Shown here: positions 9,469 through 19,334 of the stretch, one piece after another
Position numbering within the stretch: position 1 is the stretch's first letter
Layout: every line of letters begins with the position of its first letter
Source: an uncultured Pelagibacteraceae bacterium
GTDB taxonomy: Bacteria; Pseudomonadota; Alphaproteobacteria; Pelagibacterales; Pelagibacteraceae
Assembly (NCBI GenBank): GCA_902534465.1
Contig: CACAPU010000004.1
Coordinates: forward strand, 16,403 to 80,402
DNA: 64,000 nt
Direction: 5' to 3'
Program-made: the position numbers and the translations under genes
Notes under the pieces: model-generated
Told to the model about the DNA's origin: nothing
What the model saw: only the letters and a program-made list of their open reading frames with translations
Database searches by the model: none

Positions 9469-10496
9469 TATCTTGCCGTCCTAAATTCTTTCCAAGTCCT
9501 AATTAATACTGGTGCTAACAATATGGCTATACCAATAATAGTCATCATAGAAGTTGCTGCTGCAGAACCAAATAAGATTACTTCTTCGTTGACTAAATTA
9601 TCATAGATTAGCCATGATAAAGATTGAGCACTTCCTTCAGCGCTAAAACCAATTATTGGTTCAAAGACTCTAAAATTGTCCATTAATGATATTAAAGCTA
9701 CAAAAGTAACAACCGGATAAATATGTGGTAACACAATATGTCTAATTCTTTGGTATCTTGACGCACCATCAATAATTGCTGCCTCAACAGGTTCTTGAGG
9801 TACTGTTTGTAATGCAGCATAAAAAACTACAAAAGCAAAAGGAGAATGATGCCAAATTCCATAGATAATTATAGTTATCCATGTAAGCGTTCTAGATGAT
9901 TTTAATGATAGATATGGATCTTCCATCATTAATTGTAAATTTGCACCAATAATTCCCTCTGCATCAATCATCCAAAATAAAACAAGGGATCCTACTAATG
10001 GAGTAACTATCATTGGTAATATTGTACCAAATATTAATGGGCCTCTTATTTTTCTAGATATTGCATTTAAACTTAACGCAATAATGAAACCTAGCAATAA
10101 AACATTGGGAGTTACAAATAAACAATAAGTTAAAGTAAATAAAAGAGCTTTGTAAAAAGGTAAATTAGTAACCTGATTGATAAATTCTCCAAATGTGTCA
10201 GTTTCTTTCCAAAAATCTGAAATTTGCTCAATAGCTAAGTGATTTCTATCTATATAAGTACCAAATCCGTTAAATTTACCTAAAGGTTTTTCATCTCTTA
10301 ATATTGAAGTTGCTTCTTGATCAACAACTATTGAAACTGTACAGCCAAAAGGATCGCATTTCTTAACTTCTTTTACTACTTGATCATGTTGGGCATAAAA
10401 AGATTGTATACCAGTAGATATTATTGGCAAACCAATAAACAAAATCATTGCCAAACCAGTTGGCAAGAAAAACCAGAAAAAAGTTTTATTTGGCAT
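9468..10496 (-). CDS. Carbohydrate (CUT1) ABC permease
   Basis: EPVEAAIIDGASRYQR EAA loop. Confidence 0.9.
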   Translation of the reverse strand: MPNKTFFWFFLPTGLAMILFIGLPIISTGIQSFYAQHDQVVKEVKKCDPFGCTVSIVVDQEATSILRDEKPLGKFNGFGTYIDRNHLAIEQISDFWKETDTFGEFINQVTNLPFYKALLFTLTYCLFVTPNVLLLGFIIALSLNAISRKIRGPLIFGTILPMIVTPLVGSLVLFWMIDAEGIIGANLQLMMEDPYLSLKSSRTLTWITIIIYGIWHHSPFAFVVFYAALQTVPQEPVEAAIIDGASRYQRIRHIVLPHIYPVVTFVALISLMDNFRVFEPIIGFSAEGSAQSLSWLIYDNLVNEEVILFGSAAATSMMTIIGIAILLAPVLIRTWKEFRTAR

Positions 10497-10502
10497 TTAA
10501 AA

Positions 10503-10529
10503 TTAAGTGGGGATTAAATCCCCACTTAA
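10503..10529 (-). terminator. Stem-loop after the binding-protein gene
   Basis: TTAAGTGGGGAT-TAA-ATCCCCACTTAA perfect inverted repeat. Confidence 0.7.
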
Positions 10530-10539
10530 ATATTTATTT

Positions 10540-11766
10540 TTATAGAAAGCCTTGTTCTTTAGCTTTACTGATGTAAGCAGCTTCAACATCTTTCAATGCT
10601 TGTTCTGCAGACTCTTTACCTTGTAAGAACTCAACTATTTCGCTTCCTAATGCACCATGCATCAATCCCATTTGTGGTAACATTGGGTAAGGTTTTGCTC
10701 CCATTTTTACAGCTTCAATCACACCAATAGATTTTGGTCCTGGCACAAAACCTTCAACTAACCAAACAGCTTGGTCAGCAGCATCTGCAACCATTTTTTT
10801 ATTTGAAGCAGCATGAGCTAGAGCTATAAAAGTTGACTCTGCATCACTGTCAGATCTATTTTTTGCTAAAGTAAATCCATCCCACCATAATGTAGCTGCA
10901 GGAATATTTCCTCCACCAACAGTTGCTGGTCCAGTTAATTTAGTTGCTGCAGTAATTTTTGCATCACCCTCATCATCTAATAAAGTTCCAGATCTTGATG
11001 CCCATAATGTCATAAGAGCAACTTTTCCAGATTCCCATTCAACTTTGATTGCTTCACTATCGTGAGTAAGATAATCCGGGTTACTTAAACTTGCCAACTT
11101 TTTAAGCATGTTAAGTGTAGCCACACCTTTTGCATTATTAATATTTGGTTCAGCAGTTCCAGCTTTAAAGAATTCACCACCATGACCAATGAACATGTTT
11201 ACAAATTCTTCTGCTAAATTCCATCCAGCTTTATAAGCAGCTGCATACGGATGTTGCATTTTACCTGATGCTCTTATTTTTTCAGATGCAGCAACAACTT
11301 CTTCGTAAGTTTTAGGCACAGGTATACCTAATTCTTTTAAAACATCTTCTCTGTAATACAAATGTTGAGTATTTGCCATAAAAGCAACAGCCATTACTTT
11401 TCCATCAATTGTTATTAATTGGGAGTCTTGTATTCCTTTCCCATATTTTTTAACTAGATCATCCATAGGTCTAATTAAATCTTGATTCATTAAAGGAACA
11501 ATTGAACTATTAGCTGCAATTCTTGCTGAAAATTCAGAAGGGTTTGCAGTTAAAGCTGGAACAGCAATTTTGTTGTGTTCTGATGAGTGAGTAACTTTAA
11601 AATCTGCACTTCCTTTACATCCTTTAGCTGTTTCTACAAATGTTCTTAATGCTGGAAAATCATTTGCTAAAATATTTATTGAACCACTTGGTTTACTGCA
11701 ATGCCCATCAGCATATGCCGTTGTACCAAAAAGCACGAACAATAAGGTTAATAGTATTTTTCTCAT
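10540..11766 (-). CDS. Carbohydrate-type ABC substrate-binding protein
   Basis: Signal peptide (AYA), LYYREDVLKELG-PKTYEE motif of SBP family 1; upstream of two permeases. Confidence 0.88.
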   Translation of the reverse strand: MRKILLTLLFVLFGTTAYADGHCSKPSGSINILANDFPALRTFVETAKGCKGSADFKVTHSSEHNKIAVPALTANPSEFSARIAANSSIVPLMNQDLIRPMDDLVKKYGKGIQDSQLITIDGKVMAVAFMANTQHLYYREDVLKELGIPVPKTYEEVVAASEKIRASGKMQHPYAAAYKAGWNLAEEFVNMFIGHGGEFFKAGTAEPNINNAKGVATLNMLKKLASLSNPDYLTHDSEAIKVEWESGKVALMTLWASRSGTLLDDEGDAKITAATKLTGPATVGGGNIPAATLWWDGFTLAKNRSDSDAESTFIALAHAASNKKMVADAADQAVWLVEGFVPGPKSIGVIEAVKMGAKPYPMLPQMGLMHGALGSEIVEFLQGKESAEQALKDVEAAYISKAKEQGFL

Positions 11767-11843
11767 ATTTTCTCTCTTTTTTGGTTGTTTATAATTATTC
11801 TAATAAAACTATATCTTTAAGAATTATCTAATAAAAGATATTT

Positions 11844-12971
11844 TTAAATCACTTTTGACGCAAGTCCTGATCCAATCACAAGTGACTCAAGTTTTTTATA
11901 AACTATGTTCTCATCAACATTTCCAAATCCGGCAAATGTGCTAAATCCACAATCAGTGCCGGCCATTAATTGGCTAGGATCTATTACTTTAGAAAAGGCT
12001 AAAATTCTATGTTTTACAACATCTGGATGTTCAATAAAATTGCTCGTGGACTCAATTACTCCTGGAATAATAATTTTATCTTTTGGTAGTTTTATATTTT
12101 CAAATACTTCCCATTCATGAGCATGCCTAGGGTTAGCAGATTCTATCAAATACATATTTATGTTAGCTTTAAAAGCTATCTCAATAATTTTATTTAACTC
12201 AATATCGTGGATGTGAGGTCCCTCATAATTTCCCCAACAAATATGCATTCTTACTTTACTTGGATCAATATTTTCTAATGACTTATTTAAAACCTCGACA
12301 TGTTTGTTTGCCCTTTCTAAAAAATTTTCCTCTGAAAAGTCCTTATAAATCATATGCCTTGATAGAGCTAGGTCAGGGCAATCGATTTGAAGAGAAAGAC
12401 CACTATTAATAATTTTTTCATATTCAAATTTCATAATATCTGAGAGCTTTTCTAAATATTCATCGTCATTTTTGTAAAATTTATTAGGTAGAAAATTACA
12501 AATAACTCCTGGTGATGGAGAATTCATAAACCCGTCACTATGAGAATTTTTATTTAATGCATCTTTAAAATTAACAATATCTTTACTAATCGAAACATTA
12601 TCTTTTAATTTTAATTCACTTGTGCAACATGGTCTTTTATATGTTGGGGTTCCACCAGATTGTATAAGTTTTTTTTTAAAAGATGGAAAATCATCTAAAT
12701 CTTTTGGAGCTTTTCTTTCACTTTCTCCTGAAAAACCTTCAACTCTATCTTTAATATATGTTGCATAACTAATTTTTGACATTTCTCCGTCACTTACTAT
12801 ATCAATTCCTGTATCAATCTGTTTTTTTACAACTTCTAAAACATTATTTTTTACAACTTCGTCAAATTTTTTTATGCTTATTTCTTCTTTATTATCTTTT
12901 GATGCTAAAAGACTTGAGAGTTCATTTGATCTGGGTAGGCTTCCGACATGTGTGGTTTTTATTTTAACCAT
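11844..12971 (-). CDS. Cobalamin-independent methionine synthase II family (single-domain MetE-like Zn enzyme)
   Basis: TTHVGSLPR, SDGE, HICWGN, ESANPRH, GTDCGF Zn-ligand motifs; no N-terminal folate barrel. Confidence 0.85.
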   Translation of the reverse strand: MVKIKTTHVGSLPRSNELSSLLASKDNKEEISIKKFDEVVKNNVLEVVKKQIDTGIDIVSDGEMSKISYATYIKDRVEGFSGESERKAPKDLDDFPSFKKKLIQSGGTPTYKRPCCTSELKLKDNVSISKDIVNFKDALNKNSHSDGFMNSPSPGVICNFLPNKFYKNDDEYLEKLSDIMKFEYEKIINSGLSLQIDCPDLALSRHMIYKDFSEENFLERANKHVEVLNKSLENIDPSKVRMHICWGNYEGPHIHDIELNKIIEIAFKANINMYLIESANPRHAHEWEVFENIKLPKDKIIIPGVIESTSNFIEHPDVVKHRILAFSKVIDPSQLMAGTDCGFSTFAGFGNVDENIVYKKLESLVIGSGLASKVI

Positions 12972-13932
12972 AATTTAATAAAATTTGTTTCCATATAGCA
13001 ACTTCATCAAATAATACCCACTCCCTTATAATAGAGTTGGAGTAAAATTCTGCATGATTAATTCCCATTATAAATATTTTTTTATTTGAAGCTTTATCAT
13101 AATCCATACTATCGTTACTGTGAGTACCTTCTAAAAACCATCTAACTGATACTCTTGGGTTTTGACCTACTTCCTCTAAAAAACCTACATGTTCTATAGT
13201 AAATTTTATGTTTGAAAATATTACTTTTAGAGAATTCCATTTTTCTTTAATAACCTCTCTTCCATGGCCAATTTTATTTCCAGGCCAAAAAATATTAGCT
13301 GCTCTATCATATCCTTCAAATTTATAGTTATAATTAAAAATATTTTTAAGTATCTCTGTATATTTTTCAGCTTTTGATCCTTTTTTATATATCTCAGCTT
13401 CATAATTTGAACTTTTATCAGTTTCAAAATCGAATAACCTAGATGCAGTTGAAATTCCCCCTTCACTTTCAATTATTTTCTTTGCAAATTCTTTTGGAGA
13501 GTAACCAATCTGTCTTACCATCGCTCCTTGATCTCTAACAATCCACTCGTCATAAACTTGATTTTCTTTACATGCACAATCAGCAATTACTCTATAATAA
13601 ATATCTTTCCCACTGGGCTTTCCATAAAAACCATCACCTAGGTGTGTTCCTTTACTTAATATTCTATGGGAAGAGTGATATCCAATTTCGTCATTACCAT
13701 TCCAAATAACATCCTCACCTAACAATTGTCTATTAGGAAATTCTTTTAAAGTTGCATATGTTGCGTCTATAACTGGTTTATTGCCATAAGTAACTCCAAA
13801 TGGTGATCTTACTGTTATATCTTTTGTATAAAATTTACTGATAGACTCAACATCTTTACCCTCCCAAATTTGCTCAGTTATTTTTAATATATAGTCAGGA
13901 AAGTCTTTGTATTTCTTATCAAAACCTTTCAT
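12964..13932 (-). CDS. Tandem SnoaL/NTF2-like (ester cyclase family) protein
   Basis: Two repeats, each with a GTH motif and ending in EWxxxD (GTHLG...DEWIVRD; GTHSN...REWVLFD); ATG at 13932 overlaps the cupin stop. Confidence 0.8.
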   Translation of the reverse strand: MKGFDKKYKDFPDYILKITEQIWEGKDVESISKFYTKDITVRSPFGVTYGNKPVIDATYATLKEFPNRQLLGEDVIWNGNDEIGYHSSHRILSKGTHLGDGFYGKPSGKDIYYRVIADCACKENQVYDEWIVRDQGAMVRQIGYSPKEFAKKIIESEGGISTASRLFDFETDKSSNYEAEIYKKGSKAEKYTEILKNIFNYNYKFEGYDRAANIFWPGNKIGHGREVIKEKWNSLKVIFSNIKFTIEHVGFLEEVGQNPRVSVRWFLEGTHSNDSMDYDKASNKKIFIMGINHAEFYSNSIIREWVLFDEVAIWKQILLNYG

Positions 13933-14876
13933 TATATTTGTGATACACAATTAAGAAGTGACTCATTTTTTTCTTCAATTTTAATGCTAATGTTGGATCC
14001 AACTGGAACTGAAAATGTATCTTTATAATCTAATTCAATGGAAGAATTGTCCGTCTCAATGTTCCATTTCCCTTTTTGTGAAAAAAAAATTGTAGGTTTG
14101 TCAAATTTTAGATTTTCAACTCTTCCTATTGTAGATTTAAAAGTGCATAAGCTAAATCCAGTATCTTGTTTTATAATTGGAGTTATTGTTTCGTTTTGAA
14201 AATTGTTACCTAAAATATGTGAAATTTTAACATTTTTTCCAATATTGCTTTCATTTTCAAGTCTCTTGTTAGTCTCGCATATATTTTTTTGTAATTGTTC
14301 TAGTTTATAATTATCAAATTTTGTAATCTCATCCTTTGATATAGGGTCAAGTAATTTTCTGCCATTTGGAATATCTTGACTGTTTAAATCAATCAAAGAA
14401 TTATCATCTAATAGCGCCATACCAGTTTGTTTAGCTTTTTTTAGAACCTCAGGTATCCATGTTACAATTCCAGGATCATCTCCTCCAAGAACAACAAAAA
14501 TAAAACCCTCCTCATCTCCTACATTTTCAAATGCTCTAAACATATTTGTTGGCATAGATATAATATCGCCTGGATTTAATATTGTCTCATCTTCGCCTTT
14601 AGAACCCCAATAAAACCTCCATTTACCTGAATAAATTATGAATACTTCAGCAGTCAAATGGCTATGAAGTCCAGAACCATTTAAGGGCTTTGCAGAAACA
14701 GCACCCAAGTTAAATCCATGTGGTTCTGATATTTTTATTGATTGATTTGCATCTTCAGCAACACCTGGTCCTAAAATAGAATAATTTTTTCTCTCTTTAT
14801 GACCTTTCAATTTACCTTCAACAAAGGGTAAAGTACTAGGAGTTAAGTCCTCAAATTTAGCAAGTCTAATATTCAT
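13932..14876 (-). CDS. Cupin-domain protein
   Basis: GSGLHSHLTAEVFIIYSG motif 1, PGDIISMP motif 2; probable degenerate second cupin domain. Confidence 0.8.
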   Translation of the reverse strand: MNIRLAKFEDLTPSTLPFVEGKLKGHKERKNYSILGPGVAEDANQSIKISEPHGFNLGAVSAKPLNGSGLHSHLTAEVFIIYSGKWRFYWGSKGEDETILNPGDIISMPTNMFRAFENVGDEEGFIFVVLGGDDPGIVTWIPEVLKKAKQTGMALLDDNSLIDLNSQDIPNGRKLLDPISKDEITKFDNYKLEQLQKNICETNKRLENESNIGKNVKISHILGNNFQNETITPIIKQDTGFSLCTFKSTIGRVENLKFDKPTIFFSQKGKWNIETDNSSIELDYKDTFSVPVGSNISIKIEEKNESLLNCVSQI

Positions 14877-14928
14877 ATTTTTTTAATTATAATATTGTGA
14901 TACACGAATATTTCCAATAAATAAATAT

Positions 14929-16014
14929 ATGCAAATAGAGCAATTTGATACAGGACTTAAAACCAAAACAAACGTTAAAGATATTGTTCTTTCACCAGAG
15001 CAAAATTTTCGAAATAAAAATTTAATTAGAAGCTATTTAAATCAAATTGTAAATTTTGGATTAAAAGAAATAGATAAAAGTATTGATAAGGCATTTATAA
15101 ATGATGTAAAGGTCAATTGTTTTCATCCTTTAAATGAGTTTGTTGGAATAAAAAATTTAAAAGAGAAGCTCTGGACACCATTATTAGAAGCCTTCCCAGA
15201 TTTAGAAAGAAGAGAAAACATTGTAGTAGGGGGAGCTTTTAGGGATAAAATTTTAGTAGGGTCATATTCAACGTTATCTGGATACTTTAAAAAGTCATGG
15301 TTAGGGGTTAAACCAAATTTTAAAATGATTAATCTCAGATGTTGTGAAATACATGAACTTAAAGAAGACAAAATAGTAGAAACCCATATATTAATTGATG
15401 TTATAGATTTCTTAAGACAATGTGGTATTTTTCCAATCAATCCATCGAGAGGATCTGAAGGAGCCTGGTTACCTCCAATAAATACTGATAGTGTAAATTT
15501 TTTTGAAAAAGATATTGAAATTTCAAATTCAAGTTTGAGACAAGCTCTTTCAATGAATAGAAGTCTTAATTTTAAACCTGAAACAGAGAACCTATCTGAT
15601 GAAGAATTAAAAAAAAGATTAATAGATCATCCTCAAAGAGAGTATTGGCATGACAAAATGATATGGTATGGACCATGTGGAATAGGCACCTCAAGATCTT
15701 TAGAGGGTTTTATTGATATGCATCAGTTGCCATTTAGAAAATCATTTACTGAAAGAGATTATTTCAAACTTGGTCATTATTGTGAAATAGGGGATGGTAA
15801 ATTTTCTTTATGTGCTGGTTGGCACAGTTTAGAGGCTTATTATGGTTCAAATGATTGGTTAGGTTTTACTGCAAATAATCAAAAACTAACAATGAGAGTT
15901 ATGGATTTTTATCACCATGATGAAGGAAAAATCCGTGAAAATTGGGTACCAATTGATATACTTCATATTTTAAAACAAATAGGCATAGATATTTTAGAAA
16001 AAGTTAAAAGTTGA
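14929..16014 (+). CDS. Tandem SnoaL/NTF2-like (ester cyclase family) protein
   Basis: LLEAFPDLERR, WYGPCGIG, MRVMDFY...KIRENWVPID. Confidence 0.8.
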   Translation: MQIEQFDTGLKTKTNVKDIVLSPEQNFRNKNLIRSYLNQIVNFGLKEIDKSIDKAFINDVKVNCFHPLNEFVGIKNLKEKLWTPLLEAFPDLERRENIVVGGAFRDKILVGSYSTLSGYFKKSWLGVKPNFKMINLRCCEIHELKEDKIVETHILIDVIDFLRQCGIFPINPSRGSEGAWLPPINTDSVNFFEKDIEISNSSLRQALSMNRSLNFKPETENLSDEELKKRLIDHPQREYWHDKMIWYGPCGIGTSRSLEGFIDMHQLPFRKSFTERDYFKLGHYCEIGDGKFSLCAGWHSLEAYYGSNDWLGFTANNQKLTMRVMDFYHHDEGKIRENWVPIDILHILKQIGIDILEKVKS

Positions 16015-16015
16015 A

Positions 16016-17065
16016 ATGGCAAATATAAAATTCACAGGCGTTCATAAATCTTTTGGATCAAACAAGATTATAACTGATTTTAACCTGATGGGAAAAGATG
16101 ACGAATTTCTTGTATTAGTTGGTCCATCTGGTTGTGGAAAGTCAACTTTATTAAGAATGATAGCAGGTTTAGAAAAAATTGATGATGGCGAAATATTTAT
16201 AAATGATCAAAAAATTAATGATCTTCATCCCTCAAAAAGACAAACTGCAATGGTATTTCAATCTTATGCTCTTTATCCACACATGAATGTTTATGAGAAC
16301 ATGTCATTTGGACTGAAGATTGAAAAGAAATCTAAGGAAGAAATTGAAACAAAAGTTATGCAAGCAGCTAAAATTTTAAAAATAGAGGAATTACTTGAAA
16401 GAAAACCCAAGCAATTATCTGGAGGTCAGAGGCAAAGAGTTGCCATTGGACGTGCAATTACCCGAAATCCTAAAATATTTTTATTTGATGAGCCATTATC
16501 TAATTTGGATGCAGCTTTAAGAGCTGAGATGAGAGTAGAAATTTCAAAGCTTCATAACCAAATCAAAACCAATATGATTTATGTTACCCATGATCAAGTA
16601 GAAGCAATGACTTTAGCTGATAGAATTGTAATATTAAATCTTGGAAATATAGAGCAAGTCGGAACACCTGATGAAATTTACAATAATCCATCAAATATTT
16701 TTGTTGCTCAATTTATTGGAACACCAAAAATGAATATTTTACCATTAAATAATGAAAATATTATTTCAGATAATAAAATTAACTTTTTAGGGAACGAAAT
16801 TACCTTTGAAAAAATTAAGTTTGATAAAAGTAAATATTTTATTGGAATAAGACCCGAACATTTTAATGTATCAAATGAATCTAAATTTAAGTTCAAACCT
16901 AAAATTGAATTAGTAGAAAATTTAGGAAATGAAAAGATAGTTTATATGAGTAATGATAATTTAGAGCTTAGTGCAAAAATTTCTAGTCAAATTGATTTTC
17001 AAAATGAGCTTAGATTTGATACTAAAGATATTTTTATATTTGATGAAAACGGAAGTAGAATTTAA
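16016..17065 (+). CDS. Carbohydrate ABC ATPase (MalK/UgpC family)
   Basis: GPSGCGKST, VFQSYALYPHM, LSGGQRQRVA, YVTHDQVEAMT, C-terminal TOBE domain. Confidence 0.93.
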   Translation: MANIKFTGVHKSFGSNKIITDFNLMGKDDEFLVLVGPSGCGKSTLLRMIAGLEKIDDGEIFINDQKINDLHPSKRQTAMVFQSYALYPHMNVYENMSFGLKIEKKSKEEIETKVMQAAKILKIEELLERKPKQLSGGQRQRVAIGRAITRNPKIFLFDEPLSNLDAALRAEMRVEISKLHNQIKTNMIYVTHDQVEAMTLADRIVILNLGNIEQVGTPDEIYNNPSNIFVAQFIGTPKMNILPLNNENIISDNKINFLGNEITFEKIKFDKSKYFIGIRPEHFNVSNESKFKFKPKIELVENLGNEKIVYMSNDNLELSAKISSQIDFQNELRFDTKDIFIFDENGSRI

Positions 17066-17100
17066 ACTTCCTTGATAAGTATTTACATAATTAACTCAAA

Positions 17101-18000
17101 ATGAATTGGATTATAGTCACAATCATCGCTGCTTTTTTTCAAAATTTAAGATCATCATTTCAGAAAAAAATTAACAAAGATGTTTCTACAATTGCTTCAA
17201 CATATGTAAGATTTTCATTTGCTCTACCTTTAGCCTTACTGTTATTTTTTGTTTATTTTAGAGAATTCGCAATTATTAAAGATATACTTGTTCAACCAGA
17301 TTTTTTAATCAATGTTACATTAGCATCAATTTTTCAAGTTATTTTTACATTTGTTTTGCTCTACCTTTTTAAATTTTCAAATTTTGTAGTAGGTACGTCA
17401 CTTAGTAAGACAGAAGTTGTACAAGTTGCTTTATTTGAATATTTAATACTCAATGAAAAACTTAATATATTAGGAATTAGTGGAATTATAATTTCAACTT
17501 TAGGAGTAATTATTTTATCAATAAAAAACTTAAAATTTTTTTTCCAAAATATTTTTTCTAAAACTACATTAATTGGATTAATTTCAGGTTTATTCTTAGC
17601 TTTGAGCATTGTTTATTTTAGATCTGCAGCGCTATCTTTGAAAAATTTTGAGTCAAATTTTGAAAAAGTAATATCAACACTACTATTTGGCCTTTTAATA
17701 CCTACAATAATCTTAACTATTTATCTTTTAATATTTGAAAAAAAAGAATTTAGAAAACTTTATAATGATAAATATGATTGCATGCTAATTGGCTTAGGTG
17801 GTTTTTTTGCATCTTTATCATGGTTTTATGCATTCACATTAATTCAAGCATCATTTGTCAGAGCTGTTGGACAAATTGAATTATTATTTAGTTATTTTTC
17901 TTCAAGATATTTCTTCAAGGAAAAAGTAAAAACGTCTGAAATAATAGGTATTATAATTTTTGTATTAGGAGTAATACTTTTATTATTTTCAAGAGTTTAA
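17101..18000 (+). CDS. DMT/EamA-family transporter
   Basis: About 10 TM segments in two repeats; VRAVGQIE motif. Confidence 0.8.
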   Translation: MNWIIVTIIAAFFQNLRSSFQKKINKDVSTIASTYVRFSFALPLALLLFFVYFREFAIIKDILVQPDFLINVTLASIFQVIFTFVLLYLFKFSNFVVGTSLSKTEVVQVALFEYLILNEKLNILGISGIIISTLGVIILSIKNLKFFFQNIFSKTTLIGLISGLFLALSIVYFRSAALSLKNFESNFEKVISTLLFGLLIPTIILTIYLLIFEKKEFRKLYNDKYDCMLIGLGGFFASLSWFYAFTLIQASFVRAVGQIELLFSYFSSRYFFKEKVKTSEIIGIIIFVLGVILLLFSRV

Positions 18001-18005
18001 TAAAA

Positions 18006-19292
18006 CTAATTTTGAAATCCGTACTTTCTTAGTCTCACATCCCCGGTTCTCGCATGAGCTTCCATGCCCTCATATCTTGAAATTCTTGCGCATGCTGCAC
18101 CCACTTCTTTTGTAGACTCTTTAGTCATTCTTTGAAAACTTAATGTTTTAATAAATTTTCCAACAAACAAACCACCAGTATATTTTCCTGCTCCTTTAGT
18201 AGGCAAAATGTGGTTTGTACCAGAACATTTATCACCATAAGCAACTGTGGTCTCTTCTCCAATAAATAATGATCCATAATTTTTTAATCTGTCATGGAAC
18301 CATTGAAGATTTTTAGTTTGAATTTCTAAATGTTCAGGGGCATATTCATCACTTATTTTAGCCATTTCTTCATCCGTATCGCACAGAATAACTTCACCAT
18401 AGTCTCTCCAAGCAGCGCCCGAGTTTTCTCTTGGTAAATCTGGCAGATCTGCAATAAGCTCTGGCACTCTTTGCATGACATATTCAGCAAGTTTTTTACT
18501 AGTCGTAAATAACCAAGCTGGAGAATTGTATCCATGCTCTGCTTGTCCAACTAAATCAAAAGCAACTAATTCTGGATCAGCTGTATCGTCAGCTATCACA
18601 GCGATTTCTGTAGGACCTGCAAATAAATCAATCCCAACTTTTCCAAACAGAATTCTTTTTGACTCTGCAACAAATTGATTACCTGGGCCTACAAGCATAT
18701 CCGCAGGTGCGTTTCCAAAAAGACCATAAGTCATTGCGGCAATAGCTTGCACACCACCTAAATTCATTATTACATCTGCGCCACATAAATCTGCAGTGTA
18801 GACTATCGCAGGATGAACACCCACACCTGGTTTTGGAGAACTACAAACAATAATATTTTTTACACCAGCTACCTTTGCTGTTGTTACACTCATCACAGCT
18901 GATGCTATGTGTGCATATCTTCCAGCAGGAACATAACAACCTGCAGTATTAACTGGAATTAATTTTTGCCCAGCATATAAACCATCTGATAACTCTACTT
19001 CAAAATCCTGACCATAGTTTTTCAATTGTGCTTCAGCAAATTTTCTTACTCTTTCATGAGAAAATTGAATATCATCTTTAGTCTTAGGATCTAAATTTTT
19101 TTTAATTTCTTCAATTTTTTCTCTCGTAACAATTACTTCACCTTCGTATTTATCAAATTTTTTTGATAGTTCGATACATCCTTCTTCTTTAGTTTTTTCA
19201 ATATCTTTAAGAATATTTTCAACAATCTCTCTGGTCTTTGTATCGTCAGTTGATGAAGTTTTTGGTGATTTTTTTAAGTAAGTTATTGCCAT
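18006..19292 (-). CDS. hpsN: Sulfopropanediol (DHPS) 3-dehydrogenase, HisD family
   Basis: HisD fold (GPGNQFVAE, QAEH, APEHL) with HpsN-type segments GRYAHIASA, QAEHGYNSP, YGDKCSGTNHILPT; sulfonate gene context including suyAB. Confidence 0.82.
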   Translation of the reverse strand: MAITYLKKSPKTSSTDDTKTREIVENILKDIEKTKEEGCIELSKKFDKYEGEVIVTREKIEEIKKNLDPKTKDDIQFSHERVRKFAEAQLKNYGQDFEVELSDGLYAGQKLIPVNTAGCYVPAGRYAHIASAVMSVTTAKVAGVKNIIVCSSPKPGVGVHPAIVYTADLCGADVIMNLGGVQAIAAMTYGLFGNAPADMLVGPGNQFVAESKRILFGKVGIDLFAGPTEIAVIADDTADPELVAFDLVGQAEHGYNSPAWLFTTSKKLAEYVMQRVPELIADLPDLPRENSGAAWRDYGEVILCDTDEEMAKISDEYAPEHLEIQTKNLQWFHDRLKNYGSLFIGEETTVAYGDKCSGTNHILPTKGAGKYTGGLFVGKFIKTLSFQRMTKESTKEVGAACARISRYEGMEAHARTGDVRLRKYGFQN

Positions 19293-19334
19293 ATTTAAAT
19301 CCTAATTTAATTATTATTTTTTTTCAATATTCAT

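Noticed and set aside
13932-14876. Cupin as a DMSP lyase (DddK/DddQ/DddW)
   Set aside because: At 314 aa it is much longer than those lyases, motif 2 lacks the metal-binding His (PTNMFR), and I see no resemblance beyond the fold
18006-19292. Call as histidinol dehydrogenase hisD
   Set aside because: Active-site-proximal segments and the sulfonate context fit HpsN, and no his genes are nearby
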